From: Archangium sp.
GTDB taxonomy: Bacteria; Myxococcota; Myxococcia; Myxococcales; Myxococcaceae
Direction of reading: 5' to 3'
Assembly: GCA_031367385.1 (NCBI GenBank)
Contig: JANLPS010000328.1
Span: forward strand, 1-21,437
Length of the DNA stretch: 21,437 bases
The position numbers and the translations under genes were made by a program. Under the pieces are notes generated by a model, which saw nothing but the letters and a program-made list of their open reading frames with translations, was not told the origin of the DNA and searched no databases. Shown in pieces: positions 6,806 through 14,602 of this stretch. How positions within the stretch are numbered: position 1 is the stretch's first letter; every line of letters begins with the position of its first letter.

Positions 6806-9183
6806 TTGTTCGAATTCAAGGCGCGGCGATGTCGAGCCTCAACAAGTACTTCGCGCGAACTTCGGCGTTGCCGATGGGTCGAAGCAAGCTGAACGCGCTC
6901 AGCGGCGAGCAGCTTCAAGACGCCTTCTCTCGGCTTCAATCGATTGCCCAATTTGACAACGGAGGCCTGGTGAGTCGCGCGCACCTCGCGAATGCTCCGG
7001 CGGCGAGCGCCGAAGGGTACGACCTGGGTGAGGTGTTCGGGTCTTTCGCCCGCTTCGCCCAAACGATGGACCGTGTCGCCAACCCGCCCGCCGTCACCGA
7101 GGCGATGCTCGACGCGTTGCGTTCGGGGGCGCTCAAGCCTGCGAGGGCCAAGACGCTCCAGCGCGACGCGTTGACCGACCTGTATCGCCTGTCGAGCCCG
7201 TACCAGGAGCGCGCATTTCAAGACGCGGCTCGGGCCGAGCTGGGTCGTATACACGGAGATGCTGCCGCCGCGCTCACTGAGAAGAGCATCAAGCCGTTGC
7301 TCGAGATGGCCGATGAGCACGGGCGGCGTGCCGGAGCCCTCGAAGCACTGCTGTGGCTGCACACGCAGGGGCTGGCACCGATTCAACGTGACCTGCTGCT
7401 TTCGAGCGTCTCTCAGCTGTCTCGGTATGGCCGGGTCAAAGACGTGCCGGTGCTCGACGTCGTTCGAGCTGCCGCTCAGAAATCGGGCGATGCCGAAGTG
7501 GCAACCGCGGCCGGTGCTGCTGTCGACCGACTGAAGACGCTGCAAAACCTCAACGTCGCTTTCTTGCAACTCGAAGGCGGGCAGACCGCGGGCTCGGGCA
7601 TCAAGTCGTACGTGAACCCGACCACCGAAGCGCTCGCGGCGCAAGGCCACCGCGTCGACGTCTACTTGCCCGTGACCGCAGAGTTCGACCCTGTCGCCAA
7701 GGGCCTCACGCGCGTTGCCGGCGGCGATGGAGAAATCAAAGACGTCATCGGCGCGAGCGTGAATTTCAAGCTCTGGCGCGAGGGCGATACTGCCGACCGC
7801 CCCAACGGCGGCAGAAAGTCGGTCTTCTATTTTCAAGACGACATGTATTTCGGCCCTCGACGGGGCCAGTACGACGATGCCGACGGGGTGCGCTTTTCAG
7901 ATGACCCCGCTCGGTTGTTGGCGGGCTCGGCCTTCGCCAACGCCGCGATGTCGAAGGTCGCCGCGATTCGAAAACTCGAGGCAGAAGGTGCTGAGGTCAC
8001 CAACGAGACTGTTCGTGCCACCGAGCAGCGGCTGATGCCCTCAGATGCCCCGAGCGTCATTCAGTACAACGACTCACACCTGGGGTTCGGGCACGCGATG
8101 CTGCAATTCAACGGCGCGTTTCGCGAGGCCAGGCCGCTGGGCGTGATTCACCAGGGCAACCCCGCCTACCGCCGGTGGATGCCGCGCGAGATGGTCGAGC
8201 GCATGATGCGCGAAATCGGAGGAGGGGTCGTCAAGGCGCTCGAGGCGCTACCGCCCAATGAATGGGTCGACCCGCTCGAGATGATGGCGAACACCATGCA
8301 GATGAGCACCGTGAGCAACGGGTACTACGACTACTTATTGAACACCTTTCACGCCAGCCCTCGCGTCATGAGCGCCCTGCAAGAAGCCGCCGCCGAAGGG
8401 CGAGTCGCGAGTGTTCAAAACGGCATCGACCTCACCAAGCTCAACCCGGCCAACATCGCTGGCACCAAACAAGCCGCCGCCTTCAACGCCCGCGACCTGA
8501 GTGGGCGAATCAAGTGCAAAGAAGACGTTCAGCGCGCCTACGGGTTCACGGTCGACCCCGACGCTCCGCTGCTGGCGTTCGTGCACCGAATGACGCGCGA
8601 AAAGGGGCTCCAGAACCTGCTGTTCGAGATGCGTAAGACGCCCGAGGGGCAGCCTGAGACGCCGCTCGACGTCGTGCTCGCCGAGAACCCGAAGCTGCAG
8701 ATCTTGTTGGGAGGCCCCGACCCCGCCCCGGAGTTGCTGGCCCAGGCCAAGGCCTTGGCCGCCCGCTGGCCCGGCCGGGTGGTTGTGAAAGGAGAGCGCC
8801 TCGACAATCGACAGATCATGTCGGGCACCGACGTCTTTCTCATGCCGTCGGTCGAAGAGCCGTGCGGCATCGCGCAGATGGAGGCCCAGGCCCTGGGTTC
8901 GGCCATCATGTATCTCAACCACCACGGCCCCAAAGGTACGGTGCTGCCGTACGACCCGATCACTGGCAGGGGCACCGGGTTTCCGATTGAGCCGGGGTCA
9001 ATCTCTGCGCTGCTCGACGGCTTGCGTACCTCGGTCGCGTGGGCCTCTCGTTCTGCCAAGGGCAAAGAGGCTTTGCAGCGAAATGCGATGGAGTACGCCA
9101 AGACCTTCGACGTCACCCGTATGGCCGAGAACCACTCGGCGTTGCTGCGCGAAGCGGTGACGCTCACCGGCCTTGGCGGTTGA
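6802..9183 (+). CDS. Divergent glycogen/starch synthase-like glycosyltransferase (GT5, GT-B fold) with ~250-aa helical N-terminal extension
   Basis: GlgA-ordered motifs from about nt 7546: EALAAQGHRVDVYLP, YNDSH (HAHDWH), VIH, STVS..Y, VQNGID, K.KCK..VQ..YG, PLLAFVHRMTREKG (SRL..QKG), DVFLMPSVEEPCGIAQM (PSRFEPCGLTQL), TGF. Alternative start ATG at 6829. Confidence 0.85.
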   Translation: MIVRIQGAAMSSLNKYFARTSALPMGRSKLNALSGEQLQDAFSRLQSIAQFDNGGLVSRAHLANAPAASAEGYDLGEVFGSFARFAQTMDRVANPPAVTEAMLDALRSGALKPARAKTLQRDALTDLYRLSSPYQERAFQDAARAELGRIHGDAAAALTEKSIKPLLEMADEHGRRAGALEALLWLHTQGLAPIQRDLLLSSVSQLSRYGRVKDVPVLDVVRAAAQKSGDAEVATAAGAAVDRLKTLQNLNVAFLQLEGGQTAGSGIKSYVNPTTEALAAQGHRVDVYLPVTAEFDPVAKGLTRVAGGDGEIKDVIGASVNFKLWREGDTADRPNGGRKSVFYFQDDMYFGPRRGQYDDADGVRFSDDPARLLAGSAFANAAMSKVAAIRKLEAEGAEVTNETVRATEQRLMPSDAPSVIQYNDSHLGFGHAMLQFNGAFREARPLGVIHQGNPAYRRWMPREMVERMMREIGGGVVKALEALPPNEWVDPLEMMANTMQMSTVSNGYYDYLLNTFHASPRVMSALQEAAAEGRVASVQNGIDLTKLNPANIAGTKQAAAFNARDLSGRIKCKEDVQRAYGFTVDPDAPLLAFVHRMTREKGLQNLLFEMRKTPEGQPETPLDVVLAENPKLQILLGGPDPAPELLAQAKALAARWPGRVVVKGERLDNRQIMSGTDVFLMPSVEEPCGIAQMEAQALGSAIMYLNHHGPKGTVLPYDPITGRGTGFPIEPGSISALLDGLRTSVAWASRSAKGKEALQRNAMEYAKTFDVTRMAENHSALLREAVTLTGLGG

Positions 9184-9307
9184 AGTGGGCCAGACGCCAA
9201 ACCGGTCGAATTTCGAGTGGTCGAGCGGGGCCAACATTGGCCGACGACGAAGCAGGCGCTAAGCGCAGGTGTTGCGCTTTGAGCCAGAGCGGGTACGAAC
9301 CCAGGCC

Positions 9308-10609
9308 ATGCCTTCGACGAGCGCAGGTCGTGATGTTCGAGTTCGCGCGCGGGAGCTCGATCTCCCGTTGGGCCGCTTCAAGCCGGGCAAGCACAACGCG
9401 ATCACCGACGTCGAGGGCGTGCTGGTCGGCCACAGCACCATCATCAAAGGCGACGCGGGCCCCCTCAAGGTCGGCCAGGGCCCGGTGCGCACCGGCGTGA
9501 CCGCGATTCTGCCCAACCAGAGCAACATCTTCATGGAGCGCCTGGCCGGTGGCGCCTTCGTGCTCAATGGCGCGGGCGAGGTCTCGGGGCTGACCCAGAT
9601 GGTCGAGTGGGGGTTGCTCGAGACGCCGATTCTGCTCACCAACACCATGTCGGTCGGCGCGGTCAGCGATGCGGTCGCGCGCTCGATGGTCGAGCAGTAC
9701 CCGGGCATCGGCGACGAGCATGACGTCATCATCCCCGTGGTGGGGGAGTGCGACGACAGCTACTTGAACGACATCTCAGGCCATCACGTCAAAGAGCACC
9801 ACGTGCGCGAGGCCATCGCCGCGGCCAAGTCGGGCGCGGTGCAAGAGGGTGCGGTCGGCGGCGGCACGGGCATGATCACCTGCGACTTCAAGGCGGGCAT
9901 CGGCACCTCGTCGCGCAAGCTGCCTCAGGTCTTCGGCGGCTACACCCTCGGTGTGCTGGTGATGAGCAACTTCGGCAAGATGCACAACCTGCGCGTCGCC
10001 GGGTTGCCGCTGGGCGAGGTCTTGGCCGAGCAGCTGCGCGACTTGCCCAAGCGGCAGATGAGCTACGGGTCGATCATCGCGGTGGTGGCCACCGACGCTC
10101 CGCTCAATTCGCAGCAGCTCAGCCGGTTGTGCAAGCGGGTGGGGTTGGGCATCGGCCGGGTCGGCAGCTACGCGGCCCACGGCTCGGGAGAAATCGTCGT
10201 CGCCTTCTCGACGGCCAACGTCATCCCCCGGCGTACTCGCAAAATGGTCTACAAAATGAAGGTGTTACTCGATCAGCGCCTCGACCCGCTCTACGAGGCG
10301 GTGATGGAGGCCACCGAAGAATCGATTCTCAACTCGATGTGCATGGCCACCGCGATGTCGGGCGTGCACGGGCACGTCGTGCCGGCGTTGCCGCTCGATG
10401 AAGTGCGCCGCTTCGTCGACGCCACCCGGCCGATTTTTGCCAGCGTGAAGAAGAAGCCCCAAGACCCGGCGATGCCCGCAAACGCCGAAAAACCGGCCGA
10501 TATCGACCGCGAGGTCGACTTCAACCTCTCCGAAGCGTCTCCGACCGATGTGCGCAGCGCCGAGGGCATCCCCTTCCCAACGCGCACCCCTGATCCAGAC
10601 GACGAGTGA
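9308..10609 (+). CDS. dmpA: DmpA-family L-aminopeptidase/D-esterase (peptidase S58/P1, self-processing)
   Basis: NAITDVEGVLVGH, RTGVTAILP, NGAGE, ETPILLTNT, PVVGECDD, EGAVGGGTGM, FKAGIGTSSR, and the G|SII autoprocessing site at 10067-10078. ATG 9308 is preferred over GTG 9269 because homology starts at RAREL. Confidence 0.93.
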   Translation: MPSTSAGRDVRVRARELDLPLGRFKPGKHNAITDVEGVLVGHSTIIKGDAGPLKVGQGPVRTGVTAILPNQSNIFMERLAGGAFVLNGAGEVSGLTQMVEWGLLETPILLTNTMSVGAVSDAVARSMVEQYPGIGDEHDVIIPVVGECDDSYLNDISGHHVKEHHVREAIAAAKSGAVQEGAVGGGTGMITCDFKAGIGTSSRKLPQVFGGYTLGVLVMSNFGKMHNLRVAGLPLGEVLAEQLRDLPKRQMSYGSIIAVVATDAPLNSQQLSRLCKRVGLGIGRVGSYAAHGSGEIVVAFSTANVIPRRTRKMVYKMKVLLDQRLDPLYEAVMEATEESILNSMCMATAMSGVHGHVVPALPLDEVRRFVDATRPIFASVKKKPQDPAMPANAEKPADIDREVDFNLSEASPTDVRSAEGIPFPTRTPDPDDE

Positions 10610-10676
10610 AACTTCCCCTCCGGGGCGAGGTTCTGGTACGAGGCCACCGTCAATTTCGTTTTCAAGGAGCAACACC

Positions 10677-10802
10677 GTGGCCAACAGCAAGAGCAAGCAC
10701 CAGCGCGTGCGTTCAAAGATTCGCCTCAAGTGGAAGAAGCGCGCCGAGCGGAAGAAAGCCGCCGTCGCGAAAGAGACGAAGGGCAAGAAGAAGTCGTCGT
10801 AA
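10677..10802 (+). CDS. Small, highly basic protein (41 aa)
   Basis: AAGGAG (10664-10669), N7, GTG. Encodes MANSKSKHQRVRSKIRLKWKKRAERKKAAVAKETKGKKKSS with high GC3 (mostly AAG for Lys). It is the 3' half of track ORF 10548..10802. Confidence 0.8.
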   Translation: MANSKSKHQRVRSKIRLKWKKRAERKKAAVAKETKGKKKSS

Positions 10803-10825
10803 TGCCGTGAGGTCAGCCTGGGTCG

Positions 10826-11082
10826 TTACTTCCAGGCTCGCTCGGTCTTCACCAACGTGTCGAGGTACGCGTGGGCCGGGTCTTTGGCCGATGTGACCGC
10901 GGTCATGCGCCCCCACTTCGTCGCCGTCTCGGAGGCGATCTGGTGACGCGCCGAGGCCGCTGCTTTGGCGAGGGGCCCGACGCTTGCTGAACGATCTTGA
11001 GCGCGCGTGCGGCCGCCAACTGAACCTGCTCGACGGTCACTCCCTGCACGACACCGTGGACAAGGTGCGGCACCGAATTCAA
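10826..11082 (-). pseudogene. Possible frameshifted small gene or gene remnant
   Basis: Two GC3-biased stretches in different frames (...GVTVEQVQLAAARALKIVQQASGP and LAKAAASARHQ...HAYLDTLVKTERAWK*) join if one base is added to the G4 run at 10972-10975. Confidence 0.3.
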
Positions 11083-11094
11083 TTCGCTCCGGCC

Positions 11095-11511
11095 TCAAAT
11101 CTTGTCGGCGGTGAATTGCTCGTCGGTGTCGCAGAACGTGCCCCCATCGGCGCGAACGCTCGAACGCAGGGACCCGACCAGGTGAACGGCCGGTGAGCCC
11201 GCGTCGGTGCTCCCGCCGAGCACCAGGCGGCCTTTCAAGAAATACGCGACCTCGACGCCGCCCGAGAGGGTGAAGTCGTACGTGTCGAAGAGCGTGCCGG
11301 CCAGCTGCTGTTCAGCGACGGTGCTCTGAAGGTTCGAGCCGGCTCGCGTAAAAACCAGGTCAGCCATTCGCGTTGCGCCGACCGCGCAGCGGCTCTCCGG
11401 GGCCGCCCAGATGACCCGGTAGGTGCCCTCCATTGCCGGGCATTTGCCGCAAGGCGAGGCGTCGGTGCATGCCGCGAAACTCAGAGCTGAGACCACCAGT
11501 GCAAACCGCAT
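11095..11511 (-). CDS. Hypothetical lipoprotein
   Basis: 138 aa with signal peptide and lipobox FAAC. CxxC followed by GTY and beta-strand-rich mature domain. Confidence 0.8.
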   Translation of the reverse strand: MRFALVVSALSFAACTDASPCGKCPAMEGTYRVIWAAPESRCAVGATRMADLVFTRAGSNLQSTVAEQQLAGTLFDTYDFTLSGGVEVAYFLKGRLVLGGSTDAGSPAVHLVGSLRSSVRADGGTFCDTDEQFTADKI

Positions 11512-11561
11512 GAGCCGACCCTACCGCAAGGGCCTCGCGAGTCGGCTATAGACGCGCACGC

Positions 11562-12242
11562 ATGAGCGCACTCCCCACGGCCGTCACCAGCGTGTTGCAC
11601 GAACCGGGAGCTGGCCGCGTGGTCGTCTTCGACGCTGATGGCACCCTGTGGAGAGGCGATGTCGGCGAAGACTTCTTGCGCCACCTCTGCGCCGAAGGGC
11701 TCGTGCCTGAAGGCAGCTACGCTCGCTACGACGCGCTCCACCAGGCCGACCCGCCCGCCGCTTACGCCTTCGCGGTCACGGTGATGAAGGGCCTGCTCGA
11801 CGCCGAGCTCGCGGTTCGCGCGACCGACTTCTTCACCCAGCGCTTCGTGGGCCGCGTCTTCCCCTACGTGCGGCCATTGCTCGCGCAGCTGCGCACGGCT
11901 GGCTACGAGGTCTGGGTCTGTTCGGCGAGCCCCCGCTGGGTCGTCGAACCGGGGGCAGCCCACCTGGGCATTGCCTCGAGCCAGGTCATCGCCGTCGATG
12001 CAGCGCTCGTCGAAGGCCGCCTCACCGAGCGAATCATGACGCCGGTGCCGGCCGGGCCCGGCAAGGTCGAGTGGTTGCGGCGAAAGAACGTCGCGCCCGT
12101 CTTGGCCATCGGCAACGGAGATCTCGACCTCGACATGCTGGCGTACGCCCAAGCGGCCTGGGTCATCGCTCCGCCCGACGCGGCCCCTTCGCTGCTCACC
12201 CGACAGGCCAAAGCCCGCAACTGGCCCGTTTCTCGGTTCTGA
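11562..12242 (+). CDS. HAD-superfamily hydrolase (subfamily IB, phosphoserine phosphatase-like)
   Basis: Motif I FDADGTLW, motif II CSAS, motif III GK, motif IV GNGDLDLDML. Confidence 0.9.
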   Translation: MSALPTAVTSVLHEPGAGRVVVFDADGTLWRGDVGEDFLRHLCAEGLVPEGSYARYDALHQADPPAAYAFAVTVMKGLLDAELAVRATDFFTQRFVGRVFPYVRPLLAQLRTAGYEVWVCSASPRWVVEPGAAHLGIASSQVIAVDAALVEGRLTERIMTPVPAGPGKVEWLRRKNVAPVLAIGNGDLDLDMLAYAQAAWVIAPPDAAPSLLTRQAKARNWPVSRF

Positions 12243-12263
12243 GCCTTCTCGCGAAGCCACTTG

Positions 12264-12662
12264 CTAGTTGACGATCTCGACCAGCCCAGCTTCTGAGATT
12301 CGCTCATCATTGGTGAGCAGCGAAGCGCCAAGCACGCGAGCCGTCGCGACGATGAGACGGTCTGCCGGGTCGCGATGAAGGGCATCACCGAGGGCAGCCA
12401 CCTCCGCTGCGACGGCGGCCGTTATCGGCTGCACCCACAGGTGGGGGCGTTCGAGCGCGGTCTCGAGCCACTCCCGGAGCGGGACGCGGGGCCGAAGCCT
12501 GCCGTGCGAGACCAGCGTTGCGACCTCCCAGAGCGTGATGTCAGCGATGAAAGCTGGTTTCTCTGGCCCAATGCCGTTCAGTGCACGCAGCTGCGATTTC
12601 GAGAGTTGTCGCGGCGCATCGAACCAACGCACGAAGATCTGCGTGTCGAGCACGATCGTCAC
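12264..12662 (-). CDS. vapC: VapC-family PIN-domain toxin
   Basis: IVLDT, ITLWEV, HRDPADRLIVATA and LLTND carry the PIN acidic residues. GTG 12662 overlaps the antitoxin stop (GTGA), so it is preferred over the track start 12689. Confidence 0.92.
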   Translation of the reverse strand: MTIVLDTQIFVRWFDAPRQLSKSQLRALNGIGPEKPAFIADITLWEVATLVSHGRLRPRVPLREWLETALERPHLWVQPITAAVAAEVAALGDALHRDPADRLIVATARVLGASLLTNDERISEAGLVEIVN

Positions 12663-12907
12663 TTGCTGACCCCTCGAACCGCATCCCACGCCTCAGCCGG
12701 CAGCGCTGGCGCCTCGAGGTCACTGGTGATCGCCATCGTTCCTTCGAGTCGTCTCCATGGCTCCCGCGCGGGGCCCACGCGTGCGCTGGTGAGCTTCGCG
12801 ACGACTCGGCCGTGCTTCATCACCAGCACCGGCTCGCCAGTTCGCTCAACGTCGTCGAGCACGCTCAGGCACTTGGCCTTGAACTCCGATGCCTTCATCG
12901 ATTTCAT
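12659..12907 (-). CDS. Phd/YefM-family antitoxin
   Basis: MKSMKASEFKAKCLSVLDDVERTGEPVLVMKHGRVVAKL is a typical Phd N-terminus; 82 aa, directly upstream of the PIN toxin. It is the 3' part of track ORF 12659..13273. Confidence 0.92.
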   Translation of the reverse strand: MKSMKASEFKAKCLSVLDDVERTGEPVLVMKHGRVVAKLTSARVGPAREPWRRLEGTMAITSDLEAPALPAEAWDAVRGVSK

Positions 12908-12908
12908 C

Positions 12909-12927
12909 TGACCAGAATAACTGGTCA
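12909..12927 (-). promoter_or_regulatory. Toxin-antitoxin operator overlapping the -10 box
   Basis: Inverted repeat TGACCAG-aataa-CTGGTCA. On the minus strand TATTCT (12914-12919) lies 6 nt before the antitoxin ATG, with TTGTGC 18 nt further upstream. Confidence 0.75.
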
Positions 12928-13025
12928 TATTTTTGCAGCACAAGGGGCCGGGGCGACCCGAGCGCCCGCATTTGACGCGTTTCTCGCCTTTGAAACTTGG
13001 AGCGAATGACGGCATAAGGCCCGCC

Positions 13026-14525
13026 ATGCATTTCGCTCGAGTCGCGTGGCTCACCCTGCTGCTGGCTGCATCATCGGCCTGGGCCCAGAAAGTGGTCGTG
13101 CTCGAGCTCGATGGCGACAACGGCAATCGCCTGCGCGCGCAGATTGAAGCGGCGCTCCGCAAGGCCGGCGCGGTCGACGTCGTTTCAATCGAAAAGTACA
13201 AAGAAAACGCGGCCAAGAAGCGGCTCAAGGGCGGGGCGGCGATGACTCCGGTCGGCGTGACCCGCACCGCCAAGGTGATGAAGCTCGACGCAGCCGTCGC
13301 GGGCGAAGTGACCGCCTCGACCTACAAAGTCGTCATCTACGACGCCCTGGGCCAGGAGCTGTGGACCAAGTCGCTCCCGGTCAAGCGCGGCCTGCTCTCA
13401 GACGATTTCTCGATCAAGCTCGCGCGCGCCATCGCCGCGGCCGCCGACCAAGGGGCCGCCCGGGCCAACGTGACGCCCGAAGACCCGGGTACGGCGAGCC
13501 CGCCTGCGACCACCAAAGAGCCAGTCGCCACCACCGAGCCCGAAGGCCTCGACCTCACCGACACCGGCCCGACCCCGGTCACGCCCAAACCCAACGGCCA
13601 TGTGGGCGGCACCAGCACCGTGAGCGAAGACCCCGCTCGCGACGCCGACCTCGACGTGGAGAACGTGCAGAAGAAGACCCACGTCGGGCCGCCGATCTTT
13701 CGAGCCTGGGTCGCCGGTACGACCACTTGGCGAGCGCAGTGCTTGCGGCCGGGGCCTCCCACGATGACCTCGTGCAAGGCGTACGACTCGCTGACGCCCA
13801 AGCCCCTGGGCATTCAAATCGATTTCACCGCGTCGGTGCCGTACCTGGGCGTGATGGCCAACGCCGAGCTCTTTCCCCTCGCGAACTTCGACAACCGGGT
13901 GCTGCAGGGCTTCGGCGTCATCGGCAACGTGGGTTACGGCGCGTCGGTCACGAAGATCGTCGAGGCGTCTGACCAAGGTACCAGCCCCGAGAAGCGCATC
14001 AACAGCACCGACATCATGTGGACGGCGCAGCTCGCCTGGCGCTTTCACTTCGCGTCGGGTCTGGGCTCGCCGCAGCCCACCGGGTACGTCGGCGTTCGAG
14101 GCGGCGTGCAGGGCCGCTCGTTCAACATCGACCCCAACGCCGGCGTCTCGCTGCCATCGAGCCAGCGATACCTCTTCGGAGCCATCGGCGCTGATGTCTC
14201 AGTGCCAATCATCAAGTACCTGCGAGTCGAAGGCGGCTTCAGCTACTTCGTCAGCCCCAAGGTCGGGCCTGATCAGATCAGTGGCTACGGCAACGCCAAC
14301 GACAGCACCGGCGGCGTGGTCTCGACCGGCTTCGGCTTCGAAGCAGGCCTCGGCGGAGAGCTCTGGGGCCCGCTCGGCTACCAGGTGCGCGCGAAGTACA
14401 ACTCGTTTCACGACCAGTATTTCGGCGGTGGCCGCAAGTGGACCATCTGCAACGAGACGCAGTGCGGCGGCGTGGCTGAAGAGAGCTACACGTCGATTCT
14501 GTGGGGCGTGACGGGCAGCTTCTAA
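13026..14525 (+). CDS. Exported protein, probable outer-membrane beta-barrel with N-terminal alpha/beta domain and Pro/Thr linker
   Basis: Signal peptide MHFARVAWLTLLLAASSAWA-Q from ATG 13026. Pro/Thr-rich linker. C-terminal half of alternating Gly/aromatic strands ending SILWGVTGSF (terminal Phe, BAM beta-signal-like). Confidence 0.75.
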   Translation: MHFARVAWLTLLLAASSAWAQKVVVLELDGDNGNRLRAQIEAALRKAGAVDVVSIEKYKENAAKKRLKGGAAMTPVGVTRTAKVMKLDAAVAGEVTASTYKVVIYDALGQELWTKSLPVKRGLLSDDFSIKLARAIAAAADQGAARANVTPEDPGTASPPATTKEPVATTEPEGLDLTDTGPTPVTPKPNGHVGGTSTVSEDPARDADLDVENVQKKTHVGPPIFRAWVAGTTTWRAQCLRPGPPTMTSCKAYDSLTPKPLGIQIDFTASVPYLGVMANAELFPLANFDNRVLQGFGVIGNVGYGASVTKIVEASDQGTSPEKRINSTDIMWTAQLAWRFHFASGLGSPQPTGYVGVRGGVQGRSFNIDPNAGVSLPSSQRYLFGAIGADVSVPIIKYLRVEGGFSYFVSPKVGPDQISGYGNANDSTGGVVSTGFGFEAGLGGELWGPLGYQVRAKYNSFHDQYFGGGRKWTICNETQCGGVAEESYTSILWGVTGSF

Positions 14526-14530
14526 CGGTG

Positions 14531-14559
14531 TTGACAGGGCCTACCCCCACCTCTACGGT
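14531..14559 (+). promoter_or_regulatory. Sigma70-type promoter for the Cys-rich lipoprotein
   Basis: TTGACA (14531-14536), N17, TACGGT (14554-14559). A second TTGACAGG copy occurs at 14570-14577. Confidence 0.65.
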
Positions 14560-14602
14560 CCGCCGCCGTTTGACAGGCCGCCTCGAAGGGACGTTTCGGT
14601 TC

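Noticed and set aside
6802..9183. Calling this gene glgA
   Set aside because: KTGGL is absent, there is a long N-terminal extension, and there is no glg context, so the symbol was withheld.
9261..9279. AAGCGCA-N5-TGCGCTT hairpin as the terminator of the GT5 gene
   Set aside because: Short 7-bp stem with a minimal U tract that overlaps a possible -35 of dmpA; it cannot be assigned.
12908..13273. N-terminal extension of the antitoxin to 204 aa
   Set aside because: It overlaps the opposite-strand gene at 13026. Phd homology, the -10 box and the operator all point to ATG 12907.
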